Source of the DNA: Takakia lepidozioides
Lineage: Eukaryota; Plantae; Bryophyta
Length of the DNA: 64,000 nt
Assembly: GCA_030704615.1 (NCBI GenBank)
Contig: CM060732.1
Coordinates: 2,728,001-2,792,000 of the forward strand
Direction of reading: 5' to 3'
In this document: positions 1-10,175 of the stretch, in pieces
Layout of the letters: each line of letters starts with the position of its first letter
Position numbering within the stretch: position 1 is the stretch's first letter
Made by a program: the position numbers and the translations under genes
Notes under the pieces: model-generated
Seen by the model: the letters and a program-made list of their open reading frames with translations, nothing else
Databases searched by the model: none
Told to the model about the DNA's origin: nothing

Positions 1-1204
1 ACTCCACCATGTAATGCCAGCCAATGTGTTTGGCATGGTTCTGCTTGATGTACTCCCACCAGGCAAGAAGTCGGTGATTCCCGTCCCACACAAATAACAT
101 TTTACCCGACATATGGCCAAAGTCTGGATCACCCTTCAGCGTTGCCTCGAATTCGTCTTTGCGAGTGTGCCAGTGGGTATCCCATGTTGACAATTCATCC
201 GCAGTGGGTCCACGAGTTTTGCCGTCCTCATTCTCAATGGAAACGTAGAAGGCTGGCAAACCTAGACGGTACCCTTCTCGAAATGCGAACTTGAGCTTAT
301 CCACATCTCCGGGAAGTGTCTGTCTGACAATGGGAAGGGAGACCATGCGACAGAGTGGGATTTGAAGAGTCCGCTGGAATACCCTGCTGCCCAGAACTCT
401 GCCAATGCTACTGTGTGTCTCCTCCAACATTGTATCCGCTGCACTTTGGAATTCCTCCAGAGACATTTCTGCACGTGGCGGTAGGGGCTGAGCAGCTGGA
501 GCATCCCCAACTGGAGCTGCACTCTGGGGAATCTTTGCGGGCAATTCTACCATTGCAGAGGCCTCCTCTGGGCCTGCAGTATTATGAAGATCTTCCTCAA
601 CGGTGGTCAGGTCTTGCTGCGAACGTTGAGCGGCAGCACCCTCCTCCGGTAACAGATTGACGAAATCGGTCGATCCCATTGCCTTCGCTGCAGCAGAGAC
701 GACCCCAACATCACCAGACTGGAAATCAAGCAGGAACTGGGCTTCAGCTCATGGAATCGGTTTTGAGGGAGACTGCTCCGCCCTCCCCCTGATTGCCTTG
801 TGCTTCCTCATTCTTGCAAGTGAAGGTGTCTGCTGCAATTGAATCTGCCCTGCACCCTTCTGCTTCATTCGCATGGGTGGGGGGGAAACGGCCTGGTCCG
901 GTTCAGAAACCAGCTGAAAGACGGGCTGCTTCTTCTTCGTCTTTGTTGGAGAAGGGCCCAACCCCTGCTGGCGATTATCTATGACCTACGAACGCGAGTT
1001 GCTCTCTGGGGCTTTGAACTGCAAAGACTTGCCCTTTGAAGCCGCGTCCTTGAAATGCACAGGGCTAGGCCCGGTAGGAAGACCCGTGCTCGTGGATTGG
1101 CTGGGTGTGCGTGCTGCAACTAGCTCCACGGACTCTTCCTGCGGCTCTTCGGATTCCTGCAATCCCTCCAACACGTCCACCTTTCCGGTTAGGCATGCAA
1201 ACAT
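1..1204 (-). pseudogene. ParB/sulfiredoxin-like motif protein, N-terminal part; runs off the left edge of the window
   Basis: One reading frame from 1204 to 1, broken only by in-frame TAG (986-988) and TGA (749-751). A low-complexity N-terminus is followed by TLQIPLCRMVSLPIVRQTLPGDVDKLKFAFREGY...MLFVWDGNHRLLAWWEYIK. DGNHR is at 71-85. Confidence 0.65.
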
Positions 1205-1275
1205 CTTTTGTATTCAAGTCTCCTAGCATATAGTTTAAGAATTGCAGAAGAAAAATGAGGGGGGTTTCGGTGCTC

Positions 1276-2306
1276 GATCAATTGCGCGCCGCATTTCCGT
1301 TCGAGAGAGTATGAAGGTCTCACACGGACGGAAATGGGGCACCGCATTTCCGTCCCACAGCTCCATGCCTGAGATACAAAAGGAAAATGCGGCGCCGCAT
1401 TTCCGTTCTGGGATGTCGGAAGGTGCGACTCGGACGGAAATGCGGTGCCGCATTTCAGTTCCGGTGGTTCACGATTTTTAGTCAGAACGGAAATGCGGTA
1501 CCGCATTTCCGTTCCACCCTCAAATACCTTAGTTGTTGAACGGAAATGCCGTGCCGCATTTCCGTTCTGGAGAGTACGAAGGTCTCACCCAGATGGAAAT
1601 GCGGTGCCGCAATTCTGTCCCACAACTCCATGCCTCAGATACAAAACGGAAATGCGGCGCCGCATTTCCGTTCTGGAATGTCGGAAGGTGCGACTCGGAC
1701 GGAAATGCGGTGCCGCATTTCAGTTCCGGTGGTTCACGATTTTCAGTCAGAACAGAAATGCGGTACCGCATTTCCGTTCTGGAGAGTATGAAGGTCACCC
1801 CCGGACGGAAATGCGGTGCCACATTTCCGTCCCACAGCTCCATGCCTCAGATACAAAACGGAAATGCGGCGCCGCATTTCCGTTCTGGAATGTCGGAAGG
1901 TGCGACTCGGACGGAAATGCGGTGCCGCATTTCAGTTCCGGTGGTTCACGATTTTCAGTTAGAACGGAAATGCGGTGCCGCATTTCAGTTCCGGTGGTTC
2001 ACGATTTTCAGTTAGAACGGAAATGCGGTAGCGCATTTCCGTTCTGGAGAGTATGAAGGTCTCCCCCGGACGGAAATGCGGTGCCGCATTTCCGTCCCAC
2101 AGCTCCATGCCACATATACAAAACGGAAATGGGGCGCCGCATTTCCGTTCTGGAATGTCGGAAGGTGCGACTCGGACGGAAATGCGATGCCGCATTTCAG
2201 TTCCGGTGGTTCACGATTTTCAGTCAGAACGGAAATGCGGTACCGCATTTCCAATCTGGAGAGTATGAAGGTCTCCCGTGGACGAAAATGCGGTGCCGCA
2301 TTTCGT
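1276..2306. repeat. Phased palindrome/spacer array: 20 x 24-bp palindrome CGGAAATGCGG(T/C)(G/A)CCGCATTTCCG separated by 29-bp spacers (53-bp period)
   Basis: Palindromes start at 1276 (half site), 1329, 1382, 1435, 1488, 1541 ... 2230, 2283, always +53. Five spacer types occur in the order A B C D E A B C D A B C D D A B C D A. Confidence 0.97.
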
Positions 2307-2309
2307 CAC

Positions 2310-5300
2310 ACTGGTAACCGACAGGCGGCCACTGCCAACAGAGAGGTATGCAACGATAATCATTCCCAACCTGGACCGTCAAGACCCTCCATAGCTTCTC
2401 GTGTGGATGTATTCGACATTTCCGACGAGGAAGATGAGTGCATTGAGGTCCCCATGTCCTCCACATGGTCGTTCAAATCCGACATGGACGTCTCTGCAGG
2501 TGCTACGCATGTACCCTTGAGCATAACTCCAACCCGGTCCATTGTGTAGCTCCTACGACAACATCACCTCTATGGTTCTTGCTCCGAGCTGGCTGCTCTC
2601 GACTATGCCAAATTTCCAGTCAGGAAGGTAACGTATCCGCCTCCCGAAGTCGATGGCAATGTCATCTTCGAGTTTCCACATGTTACTTCGTCAAACAAAG
2701 CCTCAGGGATGTTAACAGACATGGATCGAAAGCATGACGGACACCCCTGGTGTGTGATGAAGACCAGTAGCACGAAAATTGCTGATGGTGTTCGTGTTCG
2801 ATACGTCCTCTGTGCGGGGAAGCTGAGGTGCCTCAATCCCGCCTGCTTCCACTTTCTCTCCAAAGGAAGGCGGAGAAACGAGACGGATTGGACTAGCACA
2901 ACGCATCATCCATTCATTGCGGTACTTTCAAGTGCGCACATTGCAAAGAACCACCGACGTGCATGTCCATGTGCAGAGCCAAGCAATATTACGTAATCCA
3001 TTTGCTCCCGGACTTGACTAGAGCTTGCATACACGTTGGGGTCCACTGCCACCCCTGGGCGAGAGGCAACATGCGTGAGGCTGTGAAAGAAGCACTCGAC
3101 ATCATAAAAGAGGAGGTGAAATTGAACCCTGGAGCCAGACCAAAGCATATTCAGCTGAAGGCAGCCCACAAGATTGCTCTTGGCAAAATCATGTCTAAAG
3201 ATGGTTCAGACTGAGTGCCCTTGAACGAAGAGGAGATGCTTGACCTGTTGAAGTTCGTCTCGCACGTTTGTAGTCCGAATGTGCAGAATCACATCGTATC
3301 TTGCAAGCAGGAGTTCGGCCGGGGGTCAGACATGCACTCAATCCTGGAGGTGAAACGAATGACTGGATATGACTACATCCAAGGTAGCAGGTTTCCAGGG
3401 CAAGGCAGCGAATCCGATCGTTGTTACATTTTTAAAATGTCGACGTGTGGGCCTGGGAGTGGAGTCGACTTGGTCACTCGCATGACAACTGGAAACTTCT
3501 CGAATGCTTGGGTGATGTTTGATCACATCAAGCAAATTACAAACCATCAGTGGGTGACTATGGGTGCGCATGTTTATGACTATCACTCCAAGAGGCTCAT
3601 GACGATTGCAATCTGCGAGATGAAAGGGGATGACACACAGTCGGAGATGCATCTATGGGAGGGCATAAATGAGCAGATGGCAAGGGTGGGATTGGCAGAG
3701 CCCAATTTCAGGGGATTCATGGCAGACAACGCTCAGGCCGACTGGGCAGCGGTGCGGCGTGTGTACGGTGAGGACCCCAATGTTCCAATGGAGGGGAAAG
3801 AGAGATCCTGTGGATTCCATTGGATGCAGAGTCTATCTCACTACACTACAAATTTGTTGCTAGCTCATTCCAGGCTGAACACCGTGTCCTTTGTACGGTG
3901 TGGAAGGATGCACCCACATTTGATGACGCGGAGGTTAAGTTTGCTATCATCGAGGCTTGGTGGAACACGTCAGGTGCAGTGTAGACAACCAATCTGGGAG
4001 CCTTGCACAACTGGTTGGGGTGGTGGCATTTCCGGTATTGACAGTTCGGACAGTACATGCGGGAGATATGATGCTGTCATTTTCGTGCAATTGTCTTTCT
4101 ATTACGGACCTTTCCATTGGTCCCTCACCATTGTTTGTGTCCTTGTAGGAGCGGTGCTCGGATTCCGACACGGACATGCCGAACACAAATATGGCAGAAT
4201 CAGTGCACTCCTCCTGGCGAGCGTCTTCTGCCGCATATCTGGTGGACGTAGTGACGGCCACAACGGAGGACATCGACAGAGCAATCATGTAGCAAGCCAC
4301 GTACTACAAGTTCTTGAGCGGGAAACAATGGGGCTTTGGGCCGGACAGGGAGGAATTGTTGGTATGAACAGCTTCGAGGTCGAAGAATCCACTGAAATGG
4401 GCGACAACATTGCGAGAGAAGATCAAGGGACGCCTCTGCACCGCAGAGGTGAACACCTAGAGGGGGACGTCCGTACTCGCCCTGTGAGGCGGAGGATTGA
4501 AGAGGAACCCGGGTGCGAAGAGGATTCCTGGAGATCCGACAGGAACATTCGGACAACACCTCGAGGTCCCGTCATGTTGCCGCACAATGTGTCTTCCAGC
4601 AGTGGAAGCCCAAGAAATTCCAGATCGCCATCGCCTTCAAGCGGGGATTCCGTGCGAGAAATTCCCACCGCTCGCTTGCCCCAGACTCCGCCCGCTGTTA
4701 TGCAGTATGGCCAAGCCATTGTGGAGACGACTGTGTCTGCGTCACAGTGGAGAATTGCTCGCACAAAGCCGTCGTTTTGAGGCAGGTGTTCCGCAATTCG
4801 AGTGGATACATGGCAACGTTGTTTAGAGATGATAAGGAGGAATCCAAATGGGGCTGTCCCTGCTCCTACTTTTACAGGAAGATTTGTCCATGCAAAGTTT
4901 GCGGAGGCGACAACCACCCAGTTCTGGTTCTGCAGGCACGACATTATGACTTGCGTGTATGGAAAGCCCAGGTACGGCATACAAACAATGCCAGAGGCGT
5001 GGCTGGTGGAACCGTTCAACAACTAAGGTATGTGAAGGTGGAACGGAAATGCGGCGCCGCATTTGCATTTTCACTCTATTTCATCAGACGCTGGGACGGA
5101 AATGCCATGATATGTGAACACGTGGACTAACGGAATTGCGGCACATGTCTGCAGTCTATCTGACTGAAGTGGCAGGAGGCGTCGCGGCCTGACCGTTGGT
5201 TAATGATGTTTGTTTTTTGGACTGCAGGCGTACCCTTGACGATTCGAATTTTGTAATGACGCATAGTCCACGAGGAGGCACTTCCGTCCAAGCCTTTCGA

Positions 5301-6080
5301 ACCAAAGTGGTGCATCACCGCCGTTTCATCTTCTTTTGTCGTGTCTACTCAGTCACCCCTCTCGCGCCCTTTCCATCTGCACTCTTCGCCCCTTTTCCAT
5401 GTCTATGTTCTTCTTATGCTCGAACCTGAGAGGGAGGGAGTTCGTGCACCAGAGAAGAGACATCGTCGCAAGCTCCGAAAATTGTACTTCGGACGTAGGC
5501 CAATGCCGAAGGGGAGGAAGCAGATGCAGGCTGCGATCTGAGTCAGGTTGAGGCCGACGCCCTTACCGCCGCAGGATTTCGGATGGTGCAGTGCACTGAG
5601 TCCCCAGACAACCATTTCCGCTTCCACAGCCTCCACCACCGACCCTTGTGAGAGCAAAAACAATGGGACACGACAGCTCTAAGCATCCTTCACACCGTTG
5701 GGAAACCGAAGAGGCGGCGACCTCCCTCAAAAGTGAACGAGACAAGGATGGGGAATGCACTTCGGATGAACTGTACAATCCAGAGCTTGACAGAAGTGCC
5801 CCCACCAGGCTTCGGGCGTGTGTATCAGATGGCCACGGCAGGCTCAGCTGTTTGCAATGAGGTGTACACCATCACCATTTCATAATTACCCACCTGCAAT
5901 TGCACCAATTTCCAGATGATGGCAAACAAGGGGGCATCATACTGCCCTTGCAAGCATCTGTACTACGTGTACCTAAAGAGACTCCGGTGTAATTCCACAA
6001 CTCATCACTTCATACATGCACCAGGGTTGAGCCCCCAAGAGGTGCACACTCTTCTGAATATGGATCCAGGGGACCAGTGA
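2310..6080 (+). pseudogene. Mutator-like (MULE) DDE transposase with GCM-like N-terminal zinc domain and C-terminal SWIM finger, degenerate
   Basis: DGHPW...CAGKLRCLNPAC...KCAHC..C...C.A..Y...IHVGVHCHP (about 2735-3055); WVMFDH; FRGFMADN; SCGFHW (CxxH); PNTNMAESVH (4179-4208); SWIM PTCNC...CPCKHLYYV (about 5890-5970). In-frame stops (2547, 3212), frameshifts (about 2925 and 3850) and probable introns. Confidence 0.85.
5014..5110 (-). repeat. Array unit inside the transposase gene: spacer E plus palindrome, with a second half-site 53 bp further on
   Basis: ttcaacaactaaggtatgtgaaggtggaa is the reverse complement of spacer E (1512-1540) with 2 mismatches. Palindrome at 5044; CGGAAATGC again at 5097. 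Confidence 0.85.
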
Positions 6081-6332
6081 GCTTGGCTTGCGGTCCCAAC
6101 ACAATGGTACGCCCATCCTTTTCGGATAGTAGAACTGTACTGCTGCAAGTAGCTTTGACTCTGGCCACAGAAAGGTCCGACTTATGACTTGCCTACCAGT
6201 AACCTGTTTTGCTCGAACTAAGATAATACTATGTCATTCACTTGTGTTTCCACGTGCATGTATTTTTGTGTGTTGGAGTGTTCCTGTTTTTCTGCTCTCC
6301 CAAACTTTGCTTTCCTCATTCGACCCTCGGCA

Positions 6333-6452
6333 AGGAAATGCGGCGCCGCATTTCCAAGTAACGTCGTAGGTACTAGTAGATGCGGCCTTCGCCAACACCA
6401 AACCGCCCAGAAATTTCGCACGTGCGAACCCTAATGCGGCACCGCATTTCCC
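6333..6452. repeat. Two further copies of the array palindrome downstream of the transposase
   Basis: aggaaatgcggcgccgcatttcca at 6333-6356 and aatgcggcaccgcatttcc at about 6433-6451. Confidence 0.85.
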
Positions 6453-6499
6453 AGTTGAGTCGCAAACCTTTCCCGCCGAATATCCGAAGATGACAAAAT

Positions 6500-6889
6500 T
6501 GTGAAGTACTGCAGACTCTATTGGTTCAATCGCGGCAAAAGGGTCAGCTTCATTCCAATGTTAAGGCATGTAAAACCGTGGAATACTCTATACAGGCCAG
6601 TATGCGACGTCATTTTGCCGTGGTATACTAGATTTCTCGTTGCACGGTCACTCATTTCCATGAGCGGATCTAAAAAACCATGAGCGGACTTGTTACTGAC
6701 GACATATCTTCGCCGCATTACAGGATCTGGAACTTCCAAAAACGGCAAGGTCAAATAAAAAACTAATATTTTAATACTTGATTTGGAGGAGTCCGCTCAT
6801 GAAATCCGCGTGTCTTAGACTTCGGCTCACCGCTCATGCGGCTCATGGCTCATGGCTCATGGTTTCTGCTCATGAAATAGTAAACCTCC
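6500..6889. mobile_element. Right arm of a non-autonomous TIR element (MULE-like family with GGGGGTTGCTA/GGAGGTTTACTA termini)
   Basis: Ends ...ctcatgaaatagtaaacctcc, the inverse of the terminus at 9959. CATGAGCGG motifs are forward at about 6659 and 6679 and inverted or tandem at 6791-6873. Left boundary uncertain. Confidence 0.55.
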
Positions 6890-9800
6890 AAACAATTCTT
6901 TCAGAGGTTCTTGGAATTGCCAGACGGTTGTAAAGTAAACATTCTTAAGAGAGTGCATGATGCTGACCCTGAGTGGGGTCAGGAGAAAGGAGTGATAAAG
7001 ATTTATCAGGTGGCCTGTAGAGGAAGAGCACATTGGTTACCAACACTGGTTTATGTGATAGCATTGCTATCCATTAAGCGAGTAGAGTTTGAAGGCTGGG
7101 GGGAAAGGAAGGTGAATGTTTATACTCATATGCATGAGGAGCTTGTACTAGTAAAGAATTGGATTCCAAAGGATATTTTGTGGATCAAACTCACACCAAG
7201 AACAGCTTTTCAGACTTGTTTGCCATATGGTTATATGGTAACGGAGACTTCTAGTATAGCCAAGGGTGCATTGAAGCTTGAAAGAAACCCAGGCATATAC
7301 GAGAGATACTATAGAAGAGAGTTTTGGTTATTGCCACATTAAAGAAATGAAAGACACGGGACATGAGTGATGAAAGAGAAGCTAGACTCCAGAGATATTC
7401 AGCAAAAAGATAAAGTTATCTGAAAGCTAATTATCCATATCTTTGGGAGAGAGGAATAGACATAGGGGAATCATCTGGACCTCTCACACCATTAAGATCA
7501 GAGAGTACATCACCCATACCGGAAGAACTAGAGTTGGATGCCACTCCTTTTGTTTCTTTGCAAGAAAGATTAAGGGAATTGGTACAGGAAGAAGATCAAC
7601 CACGAGGTGAAAAATCTGAGGTACATCCCTGGATAAAAGATTTGATAAGAGTTGACTGGAACACCAAAAGCAGGAACTCCAGTTTCTGAAACAGGAGATG
7701 TTCAAACTCTCCAACATCATTGCAATTAAGTTACATGAGTGAAGAAGAAGAAACCCAAGGGCAGAACTTGGAAGATGAAAACAGGGAGAAGAAATTGGAA
7801 GATGAAGAGTATGAAGAAGTAGACCCAACAGCTGAGGTTGAGACTACAACCATGACATCCCAACCCGTTGGACCTGGATCAAGTGGAGCACTTGGATCAC
7901 AGGCCAACGAAGGTGTCGGCTCAGGGGGATCAAGCGGGCAACCTGGATCTGGCTCTGGGGGGACAGGGAGTGTGGGAAGTAGTGCAACTGAAGCTGGGAA
8001 TACTGTGAATATAGTGAGGCCAGTAGCAGGAAGTGCTCAGGGGCCAGCACTTGGTGGAAGTTCCACCACAACTACCACATGTCCTCAAGGACCAGCACTA
8101 AATTGAGCAATTGGGAATGCTCAGGAGAGAGAAAATAGATGATGAGGACTCTGAGGATGAGTCAGATGAGGAAGAAGAGCAAGAGCTTAAGAGGAAGAGT
8201 AAGTGGAAGGAAAAGTTGAAGAGGAATAACTATGAGAAAATATTAGAAGAAATCTTGAAGAAGTATGCCACAGAGGCTGCAACACATTGGAGGAAGGGTG
8301 TTTGGTGTGCAAAATGCCAGAATGAAGGCCATACTACCACTGAATGCCACATGAAGAGAAACACTGTACTATCTGTAAAATGGATAACCATTCTACTGAG
8401 AATTGTTACTACAACAGAAGGACAGCTGCAAGAGAACCTAGGCAAGTAAGGGTGCATCAAGTGCAGCCCCAGCCAAGAAGAAACAATGATCAGGACCACT
8501 ATGGTAGGCCTGGTGGTTATAACAATGGCATGGAAGGGAGAGGTAATCCAAGAGGGAATTACCAAGGAAATTCGAGAGGCAACTATCAGGGTAATCCAAG
8601 GGGGAATTACCAGCCGGGGAATCAGGATTACAGAAACAATCCCTGAACAGACCAAGGGCGAGGACCTAATGGGGAAGAACTGTGTTACTATTGTAATCAG
8701 GCAGGCCATCGCAAGGCAGCCTGTCCATTCTGGATCAGACTCCAGAATGAGATGAGAGCTCCTATGAATGAGGGGCCAGTGGTGGCAGCTCACATGGTTA
8801 GGCCATGTGTTGTACCAGAAGTAAGTACAATGATAGTAACCAGAAGCAAAACTAAATTATTACCTCCAGTAGATGAGGAAGGTGATGATAATGAAGATGG
8901 CAGTGATGTGCCTGAAGATGATGAGGCTTGGAGAGATGAGAAGAAACTGCACAAGGAAGTGGCAGATACCATAAGGGAAATGCAGAAGAGTACTGATATT
9001 CCTATGGCAGATTCCTCTGATTCTGAAAGAGAAGAGGAGGTGAGTGAGGATGAATGGAAGAAAGAAGCTGCAGAAATGCAGAGTAATGAAGGGACTTTGG
9101 CTGAAGTAATATGCCAGTCCAAAGCGGAGATTACCATTGGACAGCTATTGGCTGTGGCACCTTATTGTAGGCATAGGCTGTATCAAGCAATCAATCAGAT
9201 TGCCCATGTGACAGGGAACACAGACTTGAACAGCAAGGTGACCAGTTATAATGTGAAGCCGGAAGGGCGAGTCATGGACTTTGATGATTCTATGCCAGTA
9301 ATCCAATTGAGAATTGGAAGCACAGAACTAACTGATGTAATGATAGATGGAGGCTCTGGAGTGAATATCATGACAGACCAATTAAGGCAGAAGCTTGGTC
9401 TAAGTAACATGAAACAAGCCCCATTTACAGTAACAATGGCAGATCAAAGAAGTGTTCAGCCATTGGGATTGATAAGAGGAGTTAAGATACAGATTCAAAA
9501 GATGATCTTTAAGATCACAATAACTGTGTTGAAAATGGATGAAGTCATGGACGCTTACTCCTTATTGCTGGGTCGACCGTGGCTGAAACAGGCCAGGGTA
9601 TTCCATGACTGGAATTCCCCGTTACTAACTGTGCATGATGGGATGCACAAGATACAAATCACCACTAAGAAATCTAGTAGACTACCTGCTACGAGAAGAC
9701 CTCGAGGGGTCAGGGAGTATGACTGGAGGGGAGGACTTGATGAGGAGCAGGAAGCTACCCTGTTTGTTGCACACCCAGAGTGGGAGCAGGTTGCAGAGAT

Positions 9801-9956
9801 GCAACTGGAAGGCCTAAGTTGTTTAAAAGGTATCTGCTGTGGTGTGTTGACAACAACACCAATTGAGGGTGAAACAAGCAGTTACCCACCACATTTCTAT
9901 GAAGAAAGAGAGGGAGAAATGGAAATCCTAGAGGAACCAGCCACTGTGAGTTTACA
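6890..9956 (+). mobile_element. Ty3/gypsy gag-protease fragment, degenerate, capsid region deleted
   Basis: Zinc knuckles CAKCQNEGHTTTEC, CTICKMDNHSTENC and CYYCNQAGHRKAAC; aspartic protease VMIDGGSGVNIM...LLGRPWL in ORF 8752-10026. 7000-8160 matches the inverted copy at 15800-17658. Confidence 0.85.
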
Positions 9957-10005
9957 GGGGGGGTTGCTATTTCATGAGTGGAAAAAAAAAAAGCATGAGC
10001 GGACC
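9957..10005. mobile_element. Left terminus of the same MULE-like non-autonomous family, truncated
   Basis: gggggttgctatttcatgag...catgagcggac. The first 11 bp match the element at 35734. Confidence 0.55.
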
Positions 10006-10175
10006 ATTGTGTGTCTACGGAAATAGGGTTAGGAGGCACGGAAATAGGGTCATTTGAAGTTGGAATTTGGCACCAGTGGACTCGTCATAGCAATGAAATG
10101 CAACATTTTATTGCAAATTTTGTGGCAAGCCACATCTATACAAGTGTGTCGTAACTGTCATAGCCGGAATGGGCA

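Noticed and set aside
1276-2306. Bona fide CRISPR array
   Set aside because: Spacers recur in an ABCD cycle, no cas genes are present, and the context is eukaryotic. Reported as a CRISPR-like repeat only.
1189-2549. Many overlapping ORFs across the array
   Set aside because: Artefacts of a stop-poor palindromic repeat; the 53-bp period is not a multiple of 3.
1230-6500. TIRs/TSD delimiting the GCM-MULE between the array and 6480
   Set aside because: No matching inverted termini or 9-bp duplication found; element boundaries remain undefined.
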